DNA of 38,986 bases from an uncultured Lachnospiraceae bacterium (GTDB taxonomy: Bacteria; Bacillota; Clostridia; Lachnospirales; Lachnospiraceae), in the NCBI GenBank assembly GCA_948468325.1, contig CAOKHR010000001.1, positions 1-38,986 of the forward strand, in the 5' to 3' direction. The position numbers were made by a program, and so were the translations under genes. Below the pieces are notes generated by a model. It saw nothing but the letters and a program-made list of their open reading frames with translations, did not search any database and was not told the origin of the DNA. Below, in pieces: positions 30,136 to 38,986 of this stretch (its first letter is position 1; every line of letters starts with the position of its first letter).

Positions 30136-31776
30136 TTATTTTTTATTATGCAGAAGGTGCGCTTTTTTTGCGATTCTTACAAGTCTGTCTCCTTTCGGAA
30201 AAATGCGGATCTGTTCTTCACCTACCGCACCGATTTTCAGAGCGGCTGCTGCATATACGATAACGGCAGCCACGATAGATACGGCCAGGCAGACTGCATT
30301 ACTCTCAACCAGCATATTTAATCCCATATAAACGCCCTTTGCGCAAATTCCCATAAGCGCTGCCGCTATCGCCGGAAGTAAAAACATTGTCTTAAAATCT
30401 TCTTTTACGCCGATACAGCGCCGAACGGAAAAACTGTTTAAAATGCACATCAGCCCGGAATATACAATCAGACAGATCACAAGCGCATATATATCTAACT
30501 CCGTAAACATCAGCAGTACAATTAAAAGTACTGTCTGCACTGCCAGCGCAATTGCAGCATTCCGGACAGGAAGATTTACTTTGCCAATGCCCTGCAGAAT
30601 CCCGTTTGACAAGGTAGATAAAGAATAAAATATCACCGTTACAGCAATCATCATCAAAAGCCCGGACGCCAGCTCTAAAGAATCCGGCTGCGGAAACAAA
30701 AGCTGCATAATCGGCCGGGATAATACGGCCAGCCCTGCTGCACAGGGAATCGCAATCAGCATGGTTGTCCACATTGCATTTGAAACTTTTTCTCTTGTCC
30801 CCCGTCTGTCACCCAGCGCGCTGCTTTTCGAAATGGCAGGAATCATTGCGGAAGAAAGCGATGCCGCAAGCGCAATCGGTATATTGATAATTACCATAGC
30901 TTTTCCTGCGAAAACACCGTAAGAAGTCGCTGTCTCCGCCAGCGTAAGGCCTCTTCCATTCATCATTACTTTTGAATATACGGTCTGATTAAAAGATGTA
31001 CTGAAATTGTAGATAAAAGTACTCAAAATAATCGGTGTTACTGTACTTAACATACCCCGAAAAATATCTCCGTATGTATCGGTATATTTGTGCCTGTCCC
31101 TTTTTATCCTGTCACGAAGCATTCTGCGGTTCAGCAAATATACAAGCAGCATAAACAACAGTGCAACCGCCACGCCGCTTCCCGTGCCAAGTGCGCTTCC
31201 CGCAGCTCCGTAAATAGCTTCTTTTGTACTTCCCTGACCTTTTACCATATCAATCAGCATATGCGCCGCAACAATACTGATTACGGCGTTTAAAATCTGT
31301 TCCACAATCTGGGAAAACGAAGTCTGGACCATAGAGCCATGCGCCTGAAAATACCCGCGCAGCACACCGGCAAAGCCGGAAAGAAATATCGTCGGCGAAA
31401 ATACTCTTAGGACAACGGCTGCCTCTCCTTCCAAAAACAATCCAGCTCCAAAAAAGGTAAAAAGACTCGCCGCCCCGCCGATAATGCAGACATATATCAG
31501 GGCACAGAAAAAAATCCGGTGCGCATTGCGATATTCCCGAAGCGCCAGTTTTGCAGCTATAATTTTTGATACTGCAGAGGGTATGCTGTAAGAAGAAATC
31601 AACAGTATAATTGTATAAATGTTGTATGCAGAAGTATAGTACCCGTTTCCTTCGTCTCCGATAATGCTTGTAAGCGGACTTCTGTACAAAATTCCAATAA
31701 TCCGGCAGATAATCCCTGCTGCGGCGAGAATTCCCGCCTGCTTCAAATAATTATTTCTGGTGCTTTTTTTTGCCAT
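30136..31776 (-). CDS. MOP superfamily flippase (MurJ/YtgP/SpoVB-like polysaccharide biosynthesis protein)
   Basis: RIIGILYRSPL..IIGDEGNG.Y, GVLRGYFQ, SQIVEQI and LQGIGK motifs; many TM segments; start MAKKSTR (track start 31803). Confidence 0.85.
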   Translation of the reverse strand: MAKKSTRNNYLKQAGILAAAGIICRIIGILYRSPLTSIIGDEGNGYYTSAYNIYTIILLISSYSIPSAVSKIIAAKLALREYRNAHRIFFCALIYVCIIGGAASLFTFFGAGLFLEGEAAVVLRVFSPTIFLSGFAGVLRGYFQAHGSMVQTSFSQIVEQILNAVISIVAAHMLIDMVKGQGSTKEAIYGAAGSALGTGSGVAVALLFMLLVYLLNRRMLRDRIKRDRHKYTDTYGDIFRGMLSTVTPIILSTFIYNFSTSFNQTVYSKVMMNGRGLTLAETATSYGVFAGKAMVIINIPIALAASLSSAMIPAISKSSALGDRRGTREKVSNAMWTTMLIAIPCAAGLAVLSRPIMQLLFPQPDSLELASGLLMMIAVTVIFYSLSTLSNGILQGIGKVNLPVRNAAIALAVQTVLLIVLLMFTELDIYALVICLIVYSGLMCILNSFSVRRCIGVKEDFKTMFLLPAIAAALMGICAKGVYMGLNMLVESNAVCLAVSIVAAVIVYAAAALKIGAVGEEQIRIFPKGDRLVRIAKKAHLLHNKK

Positions 31777-31817
31777 AAAAGACCTCTCTTTGTCTGTCTG
31801 CAAATTTCCTATTCTCC

Positions 31818-31846
31818 ATTATAGTGAATCCGACAGTACTAGTCAA
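31818..31846 (-). promoter_or_regulatory. Sigma-A promoter for the flippase
   Basis: TTGACT-N17-TATAAT. Confidence 0.75.
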
Positions 31847-31861
31847 ATCTTACCTTTTATT

Positions 31862-32803
31862 TTACCAGCAGTCTTTATATACCCGAAGTACATTTTTATA
31901 AAATATTTTCTCTATTTCACTTGTCCCAAACCCTCTTTTTCTAAGCTCTGCTTCCAGAAATTCTATTTTCGAACAGTCCCGCATTTCACATACGCCGCAA
32001 AATCCGTCAAAATCTGATCCCAGCCCCACACAGTCAATTCCGCCAATACAAATCATATATTGTATATGATCTGCGATACGGCTTACACTGCTGTAGTATA
32101 TGTCATTTTGCAAAGGTCTGTTTTCCAGAAAAAGCCCGTAATAATTTATGCCGATTATGCCGCCGCTTTCTGCAATCTTCCGTATCATATCATCCGTCAG
32201 ATTCCGCTTATGGCTGCACAATTCCCTGGCATTGGAATGGCTTGCCGCAAAAGGACCTTTTGCATGGCGGCATACATCATAAAACCCCTTATCCGGCAAA
32301 TGCGACACATCCGGTATCATGCCAAGTTCCTCCATTTTTTCCAGAAAAGCAATTCCTGTCTCTGTCAAACCGCCATTTTGATTCAGTGAATTGGCATAAT
32401 TCCAGGTAAACGTCATCATCCGGACGCCTTCTTTATAAAATTCCTCCAGTTTCTTTAAATCTCCCTCGCAGATTTCACCTTCTTCTAAAGTAAGCACAGC
32501 AGATATGCGCCCTTTTTTCTGATTCTCTTCAATTTCTTCCACCGTCTTTACCTGGCCAATCCAAACTGCATTTTTCTGCATTTCTTCCAGAAACAGTGCA
32601 ATCTGTTTTTTTGCGGCCAGATATGGATGCTCTTCTTCTCCAATATCTGTAAATACGGCAAAGTTCTGCAAAAGATAACCGCCCCGTCTTAATTTATATA
32701 AATCTACCTGTAAATGATTTGAGAGCAGACTATTCTGCTCCCCCTTTTGTCTCCTCTTATAAAGTTCTGAAATTGTATCGCAGTGCATATCTGCTGTCAG
32801 CAT
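31862..32803 (-). CDS. Membrane dipeptidase (peptidase M19 family)
   Basis: DMHCDT, LEEGE, TWN, DVSH, ASHSN, RNLTD and GSDFDG motifs. Confidence 0.92.
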   Translation of the reverse strand: MLTADMHCDTISELYKRRQKGEQNSLLSNHLQVDLYKLRRGGYLLQNFAVFTDIGEEEHPYLAAKKQIALFLEEMQKNAVWIGQVKTVEEIEENQKKGRISAVLTLEEGEICEGDLKKLEEFYKEGVRMMTFTWNYANSLNQNGGLTETGIAFLEKMEELGMIPDVSHLPDKGFYDVCRHAKGPFAASHSNARELCSHKRNLTDDMIRKIAESGGIIGINYYGLFLENRPLQNDIYYSSVSRIADHIQYMICIGGIDCVGLGSDFDGFCGVCEMRDCSKIEFLEAELRKRGFGTSEIEKIFYKNVLRVYKDCW

Positions 32804-32812
32804 AAAAACCTC

Positions 32813-33682
32813 CTACCATATACTGCCCGCTTTTAAAATTGACTCCGCCAGATCAGCCCTGTAATCTGCGTCTTTTTTGGAAAGACTGTTGATTACACAT
32901 GCGAAGCTTTTTTCATTTCCCGTTGCGTGAATATATTTTAAATTTCCTAAATAAATTGCAACATGCCCCGGAAAATACAGTAAATCCCCCGGTTCTGTCT
33001 GCTCCATCCTAATTTCATGCACCGGATAACCCGATTTTATTTTTGCATCGCGGTAAATGACGATTCCGTTCATCAGATAACACATAAACGCAAGGCCCGA
33101 GCAGTCTATGCCTTCCGCGGATTTTCCCGCCCACCGGTACTGTGTTCCCAGATAATTTTTTGCCCTGGCGGTAAGGCTGTTCTGAAATTCTGTTTTTGAA
33201 AACATATTTTCTTTGCTCTGACGAAGAAAATATGTTTGGGGTTTTTCATCATAAAAAAATTTGTCGTTTTCTTTTCTGTATTCTAAGAAAATGCAGGGTA
33301 CAAATCCCTCCTTTCCATCTGCCAGGCGCACTTTTCGGTATCCTTTTTGGACTTCAGGCAGTTCCGTTAGAAAGCTTCCTCTGTTTAATGTATAAATAAC
33401 GCGGCTGTGCACATCCGGCTCTTCTAATATATCTGCAAATGCGCTGCTGATAAATACCGTCTGCCCGCTTTCGTCTCTTCTTTTGAGATCCTCCGGTGTA
33501 CAGCGCCAGACAGCTTCTTTTTTCAGATAGCCTCTGTAACCATAATGTGTCTCAATATCCAGTATCCCTCTGATTTCTCCCAGAATCCTTACGGCCCATC
33601 CCATAAACAATTCATCCACATGGGACATCCCGTCCTTTCCGTACAGCCAGGCTGACGGTTCTGTTACAATCCCTGTTTCCAT
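32813..33682 (-). CDS. NlpC/P60 (C40) peptidase with SH3-like domains, YkfC/dipeptidyl-peptidase VI type
   Basis: DELFMGW, YGYRGY, YLGTQYRWAGKSAEGIDCSG, FPGHVAIY and IHATG motifs; no signal peptide. Confidence 0.88.
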   Translation of the reverse strand: METGIVTEPSAWLYGKDGMSHVDELFMGWAVRILGEIRGILDIETHYGYRGYLKKEAVWRCTPEDLKRRDESGQTVFISSAFADILEEPDVHSRVIYTLNRGSFLTELPEVQKGYRKVRLADGKEGFVPCIFLEYRKENDKFFYDEKPQTYFLRQSKENMFSKTEFQNSLTARAKNYLGTQYRWAGKSAEGIDCSGLAFMCYLMNGIVIYRDAKIKSGYPVHEIRMEQTEPGDLLYFPGHVAIYLGNLKYIHATGNEKSFACVINSLSKKDADYRADLAESILKAGSIW

Positions 33683-33807
33683 ATCAATTTCCCATACAAT
33701 TCCCTTATTGCCATTATATGAATCATACGGGAAAGTATACCTTTAGGGACAACTCCGCAGGAGTTTGTCATAATGGGATACCCTGGGCATAATATCTTTT
33801 TCAGTTC

Positions 33808-33838
33808 AAAAGGGCCGCCGCATAACTGCGGCAGCCCC
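33808..33838 (-). terminator. Rho-independent terminator after the GH95 gene
   Basis: Minus strand GGGGCTGCCGCA-GTTA-TGCGGCGGCCC-TTTT. Confidence 0.8.
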
Positions 33839-33845
33839 CTGTGAT

Positions 33846-36800
33846 TTATTTCTTTTTGTATATTACTTTTTTGCCTGCACTCTTCATCTTTGTTTTCAGC
33901 TTCCTTAACTGCGCCTTTTTCATTTTCTTTGGATAATAAATCTTACATTTTGATTTAATCCCTTTGAATGCATTCTTTCCTACGCTCGTTGGCGCTTTTG
34001 TACTCATAAAACGGATATTTGCAAGCTTGCTGCACTTATTGAAGCTGTTTGTGCCAATACTTGTTACATTTACTCCAATTACAACATTCTTAAGCTTCTT
34101 GTTATTCTGGAATGCTTTTTTATCAATTGCAGTTACCTTAAAAGTATAATTATCTTTCACAGCTGTCGCAGGAATTGTAAGCTTCGTCTTCTTTTTGCCT
34201 GCTGCCGTCAGTCCGGTTACGGTTACTGTGCCGCTTACAGCGTCTGACTTCGTTACCCTGTACGTGAAATTTGCATCTTCAATCACTGAATCCATAGCAG
34301 GTACTGTATTTTCCATTCCGGTTCCCGGACCTCCTGAGCCTCCCGAAACAGGAACAAGCTTTTGCAATGCATCAGCAAGAGCTTTAAGCGCCAGATCAAT
34401 CTCTGCATCTGATGTATCTGCACTCAGAAGTTTCTTTGCATCCGATAAAGCTTTCGTAACCGCTGCGGCAGATTCTGCCGTGTAGCCGCTTAAATCCTTC
34501 TTTTCCGCTTCTTCAATCTGCTTTCTAAGCATTTCTGTCTTTTCATCAGAAACTTTTTTCACCAGACCTTTTACCGCATTATTCAGTCTTGCTAATACAG
34601 TATCAATCTCCAGCTGTGACGGCTTTCTGGAACCAAGGACTCTCTGTGCATTTTCCAGAGCATCGCGATAATCTTTCACACTTGCTTCTGTATAACCGCT
34701 TAAATCTTTTCCGTCCAGTTCCGCTAATTTTGCGCTCAATGCTGTTTTATCACCGGACGCATCAGCTCTGCTGACAACCCAGATGTCACAGGTTGCCGTC
34801 ATCCCATTCGAAGCCGTAACCGTAATCGCAGCATTTCCATAGCCAACCGCTGTTACCTTACCGTTTTCAACTGTTGCAACTTCTTCATTATCTGACTTCC
34901 ATGTTACCGTTCTGTCTGCTCCGTAATATGGCTGAATATCAGCTATAAGTACAACCTCTCCGCCAGGATGCAGCGTAACGCTTTCTTTTTCCAGGCTAAT
35001 ACTCGTTACTTCTATATTAGAGGTAACCTTAACTGTACATACAGCCTTTTTGTTGCCAAACGATGTCATTGTAATCTCTGCTGTTCCTGTTTTAGATCCT
35101 GCTGTTACAGTACCGTCTGCAGAAACGCGGGCAATCTGCGTATTAGAACTTGCATATGTGATTTCTTTATAAGTTGCATTCGCCGGAGCTACGGATGCTG
35201 TAATCTTCCTGCTTTCTCCAATGTTCAATGTCATTTCGGTATCCGCATTAATTGCTGTCGGGGAAACAACGCCGTCTTTCAAAGCATATACATTAAATTC
35301 CATTGCAGTGATATACTTATTTAAACCTTCTGAACCATTCGTCTCTGTTGCTCGGATCTGAAGCCTGCGCATAGAAATCGACTCATCAAATAACACCGAC
35401 TTCCTCGAAGAATCATATGCCCATGTTCCGCCGTCACCGATTTCTGTAAAATCATCACCGTCTGGCGTTGTACTGAAATACAAACGGTAACGCGTAATAA
35501 ATCCATTTCCTTCCGTACGCGGAACATATTCAAATTTATCTGCACTTACTGTTTCTCCAAAGTCAATTGTAAATTCATTCCGCACGCCCGGATCTGCAAT
35601 CACAGGTTTTTTATCGTCTGAAGAATAATTGCTGTGCCACCAGTTTGTTTCGTTGTCATCAATTGCATTTCCTGCAGGCCCGTCTGTTCCTCTGTTTTCT
35701 TCACTTCCTGCCGTTGCGGTCCACTTTGCTTTATTTAGCTTTTCATAAGCATCCGTTTCCCATACTGCCGTCAGTGTCACATCATTTCTGGGTACCGTAT
35801 AACTGCCGCCTGCCGTATAAGTTCTTTTTCCGTCATTCCAGCCCGCAAATTTATAACCTGTTACTGTCGCATCGCATGCAGGAAGCGTATAGCTGTCTCC
35901 GCTCATCTGCTGCACTGCTGCCGGAAGCTCACCGCCGGCAGTCGTTTCTTCTGAACGGAACGTAATTGTTACCTGCTTTTTTATACTGGTTATATTGGCT
36001 ATGGCAACTGCAGAATATTTTCCTTCTTCTCCGTCTTTTACTGCCGCAACACGGTACCTTACATCTTCATCAAAATCAAGTCCTTTTGTATCTGTATAGG
36101 TAGTCACTGTCACATCTGAATTGTTGATTTTAACAAAATCCGTATTATCCTTACGATATACGTTATAAGAATCTGCTCCTGCCACTGCATCCCAGGTAAT
36201 TGTTACATTGTTTGTATTTACAGCTGCCGAAACATTAGTAGGAGCATCCAGTCTGACTGTTTCTTCAACGCCTTCACCGAAACCGGTAATGGTATAAGTT
36301 TCACCTTTTACTGTTTCAAAAGAAACACGTTCTTTTTCTTCATCTGCATCAGGAGTAACTGTAATTATATTGTTATGAGAATCTTTTACTGTTACGTTAT
36401 TTCCTTTGATTCCTTTACACTGAACAACACATTCTCCACCGTTTTTGGACTCAATTTCAACAGATGTTGCTTTTCTGCCTGTCCAGTCAATCTTCAGTTC
36501 AAAATTACCTCTTGCCAGAATTCCATCTACAGAACCAGTGCTCCACTCCTCGGGAAGGGCAGGAAGTATGTTAATATAGCCTGCGTTGCTCTGCATTAAC
36601 ATTTCATTTACACCTGCTGTATATCCGAAATTTCCATCAATCTGAAATGGTGGATGCGTATCCCAGAGATTCGGATAAATTTTTGTTTTTAATAATGATT
36701 CAACTGCTCTGTAAGCTCCGGCTCCGTCACCGACTCTCGCCCAGGCATTGATTCGCTGTCCAAGCCCCCAGCCTGTAGTTTCATATCCACGATAAGTCAG

Positions 36801-38846
36801 GGATACCGTCGCAGCATCACTATATTCTTTATTTTCTACGGAAATAAGATCTCCCGGATATAACGCCAGCAAGTGTGACATATGACGATGTTTTTCCTGG
36901 CTGACAGTTGTCTCATTAAACCACTCCTTAATCTGACCGCTGTCACCAATCTCAATAGGCGCCAGTCTTTTCTGCTTTTCTTCCCACTCAGCTCTTAAAT
37001 CTGCATCTACGCCAAGAATCTCCGCTGCTGTAATAGTATCTTCAAACAACTGCCAGATCAGCACGTTTTCATATACATTTCCTAACGTTCTGGGTCCCCA
37101 TTCCGGTGAATATGCCGGAGCAGATACTAAACGGGTGCTTTCTGTTCCGTCTTCCAATGTAATTTTTACACCACTGTCTACCAGCAGCTGGGAATAAAGA
37201 ATTGCTTCCTCTTTCATCATCGGATAGATATTCTTCCGCATATATTCCGTATCACCCGTATACTCATAATACTCCCAGCAGTTCTGTAAAATCCACGGCA
37301 CACAGGATGGTGACCAGCCCCAGTCAAAACTCCAGCCCGGACATGTCCAGCCAAGCGGTGTTGTCTGTGTATGTGCCGAAAATCCATTGGCCTCTCCAGG
37401 TTCACTCTTAATTCCAAAATAACACTCTGCCGTCACACGGCCGGGTTCCCTTAAAGATTCCACATAATCAATCAGAGGCGTTGCACACTCTGCAAGATTA
37501 GAAGAATACGTAGGCCAATAATTCATCTGAAGATTTACATTAATATGATAGTCGCTGGACCAGGGAACATCTGTAGTTCTGTTCTGCCATACACCCTGTA
37601 AATTCGCCGGGAGATCCCCTTCTCTGGAAGATGCAATTGTCAAATACCTGCCGTATTGATAAAGCAAAACTTCCAAAAGACGTTTTTCTCCGGCTGACGC
37701 ACTGTTGTTTTTATATGCAGTAAGCAATGCGTCTGTTGGCTTATCGGAAGAAACCTGGCCAATATCAAGATCCAGCCTGCCGTATAATCCCTCATAATCC
37801 GCTAAATATCTTTCTTTTACTTTATCAAAGCCCATATCTGATGCATTATTTACATCCTGCGCCACACTTTCCGCAAGCTCTTCGTCTGTTTCTCCGGTAC
37901 GGTATTTTGGATATTCATTTTTATAATCTGTATCGGCAGATATGTAAATTACTACTTCTCTGGCATTTGCAATATCCAACGAGCCTTCTGCTTCTCCTTC
38001 GGCAACTATCCCGTCTGTTTCAACTTTCAGCAGAGAATTCATTTTCATCTGATTATCCTGCATAAAACCTGCCATCTCTATAGTACCTGCATCCGGATCT
38101 ACTGTATAAGTAACATCTTTACCTTTTTGGCTGTTGAGTATATTTCCGTCATTATCTGCAGGAAACCGGACATTTAATCCAAGTGTTTTTTCCGTTGCGG
38201 TCAGCTTCATCACAAGGACATTATCCGGATAGCTGATAAAATATTCTCTGTGATAGTCTGTATCTCCAATAGAAAAATCAACATTGGCAATTCCTGTTGT
38301 CAAATCCAGATTACGTTCATAATTCTCTTTGCTCGATGCATTTAAATCTTTAAAGGTCAGATAAATATCTCCCCAGGACTGATATTCGCCATATCCATCA
38401 CTCAATCCTACAAGCCCCCCACAAAGATTAGTGGCTTTCGAATCCTCACCCGCTAAAAATGCATCAACAACACTCTGATACGTTCCGACCTTATTTTCGA
38501 TGTTTCCACCGTTATAATTCGGTCTTTTTTCACTTGGTCCGCCGTTCCACAAGGTCTTCTGATTAAATGTCAGCCTTTCGTTTACAATTTCCCCATAAAC
38601 ATTGGCTCCCATAAAACTATTGCCGATTGGAAGCGTATGCTGTTCCCAGATGTTATTTTCGCCTGACTGACCGCCCTGGCTTGCCGGTTCATCATACCAC
38701 AGCTTCAGCGGAGTTTCTTCCTGCGCTCCTTCACCGACTCCCGTTTGCTCTGCTGGTTCTGCCAATAATGCCGTCGGAATGGAAGTCACCAGCATAGCTG
38801 CCGATAAAACTGCTGAAAATATTTTTGTAACTGTTTTTATCCGCAT
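33846..38846 (-). CDS. Secreted multimodular GH95 alpha-L-fucosidase: signal peptide, GH95, FN3, InlB B-repeat-like, F5/8 (CBM32), two Big_2, FIVAR-like repeats, LRR_5-like Lys-rich tail
   Basis: LPIGN, YGRYLTIASSR, PANLQGVW, WSSDYHINVNLQMNYW, SPE, HRHMSHL and HPPFQIDGNFG GH95 motifs; AIDDNETNWWHS (F5/8); SD AAAGGAG. Confidence 0.93.
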   Translation of the reverse strand: MRIKTVTKIFSAVLSAAMLVTSIPTALLAEPAEQTGVGEGAQEETPLKLWYDEPASQGGQSGENNIWEQHTLPIGNSFMGANVYGEIVNERLTFNQKTLWNGGPSEKRPNYNGGNIENKVGTYQSVVDAFLAGEDSKATNLCGGLVGLSDGYGEYQSWGDIYLTFKDLNASSKENYERNLDLTTGIANVDFSIGDTDYHREYFISYPDNVLVMKLTATEKTLGLNVRFPADNDGNILNSQKGKDVTYTVDPDAGTIEMAGFMQDNQMKMNSLLKVETDGIVAEGEAEGSLDIANAREVVIYISADTDYKNEYPKYRTGETDEELAESVAQDVNNASDMGFDKVKERYLADYEGLYGRLDLDIGQVSSDKPTDALLTAYKNNSASAGEKRLLEVLLYQYGRYLTIASSREGDLPANLQGVWQNRTTDVPWSSDYHINVNLQMNYWPTYSSNLAECATPLIDYVESLREPGRVTAECYFGIKSEPGEANGFSAHTQTTPLGWTCPGWSFDWGWSPSCVPWILQNCWEYYEYTGDTEYMRKNIYPMMKEEAILYSQLLVDSGVKITLEDGTESTRLVSAPAYSPEWGPRTLGNVYENVLIWQLFEDTITAAEILGVDADLRAEWEEKQKRLAPIEIGDSGQIKEWFNETTVSQEKHRHMSHLLALYPGDLISVENKEYSDAATVSLTYRGYETTGWGLGQRINAWARVGDGAGAYRAVESLLKTKIYPNLWDTHPPFQIDGNFGYTAGVNEMLMQSNAGYINILPALPEEWSTGSVDGILARGNFELKIDWTGRKATSVEIESKNGGECVVQCKGIKGNNVTVKDSHNNIITVTPDADEEKERVSFETVKGETYTITGFGEGVEETVRLDAPTNVSAAVNTNNVTITWDAVAGADSYNVYRKDNTDFVKINNSDVTVTTYTDTKGLDFDEDVRYRVAAVKDGEEGKYSAVAIANITSIKKQVTITFRSEETTAGGELPAAVQQMSGDSYTLPACDATVTGYKFAGWNDGKRTYTAGGSYTVPRNDVTLTAVWETDAYEKLNKAKWTATAGSEENRGTDGPAGNAIDDNETNWWHSNYSSDDKKPVIADPGVRNEFTIDFGETVSADKFEYVPRTEGNGFITRYRLYFSTTPDGDDFTEIGDGGTWAYDSSRKSVLFDESISMRRLQIRATETNGSEGLNKYITAMEFNVYALKDGVVSPTAINADTEMTLNIGESRKITASVAPANATYKEITYASSNTQIARVSADGTVTAGSKTGTAEITMTSFGNKKAVCTVKVTSNIEVTSISLEKESVTLHPGGEVVLIADIQPYYGADRTVTWKSDNEEVATVENGKVTAVGYGNAAITVTASNGMTATCDIWVVSRADASGDKTALSAKLAELDGKDLSGYTEASVKDYRDALENAQRVLGSRKPSQLEIDTVLARLNNAVKGLVKKVSDEKTEMLRKQIEEAEKKDLSGYTAESAAAVTKALSDAKKLLSADTSDAEIDLALKALADALQKLVPVSGGSGGPGTGMENTVPAMDSVIEDANFTYRVTKSDAVSGTVTVTGLTAAGKKKTKLTIPATAVKDNYTFKVTAIDKKAFQNNKKLKNVVIGVNVTSIGTNSFNKCSKLANIRFMSTKAPTSVGKNAFKGIKSKCKIYYPKKMKKAQLRKLKTKMKSAGKKVIYKKK

Positions 38847-38986
38847 ATTTTCTCCCTTCTCCTTTCAAAATTGTATATATATGTTTAGTATATCACAGAA
38901 AATACAAATTTTCCACTTCCTTTTTGTGAATTCAGGGTTGTTTCATGAAGAACTTTGACTTGGCTGTACCCGAGACTTCTTTCCTA

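Noticed and set aside
33762-33792. GTTTGTCATAA resembling one arm of a Xer dif site
   Set aside because: The second arm does not match and gene orientation shows no strand switch here.
38860-38986. Possible 3' end of an upstream minus-strand gene
   Set aside because: Too little sequence to assign a frame or product.

Overview
A 39-kb chromosomal window from a low-GC, spore-forming Firmicute; gene content and order suggest a Lachnospiraceae-like gut clostridium (inference). Almost all genes are on the minus strand. The core genes are a DUF3794/SPOCS coat gene (partial), veg, plsC, murF, ddl, ridA, a complete F0F1 operon (atpZ-I-B-E-F-H-A-G-D-C, whose c subunit has a Na+-type motif) behind sua5, a ywlE-like gene, upp and a dCMP deaminase, then a MurJ/SpoVB-type flippase, an M19 dipeptidase and a cytoplasmic NlpC/P60 peptidase. 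Two very large secreted multidomain enzymes flank the window: a lectin + tandem SGNH esterase and a GH95 fucosidase. They end in the same Gly-linker/LRR/Lys-rich tail and lack an LPXTG or SLH anchor. The best candidate for an undescribed system is an accessory cassette at 11.5-18.0 kb. It consists of a sigma-A promoter overlapped by a perfect 48-bp palindrome, a ~300-nt structured leader with a 12-codon uORF, a small Sec-secreted two-Cys protein, a pseudoknot-capable hairpin, a solute-binding-protein-like gene, an exporter-type ABC ATPase with a duplicated permease, and a lipoprotein. No rRNA, tRNA, CRISPR array or intact mobile element was recognised. All calls come from motif recognition by eye; no database searches were run.
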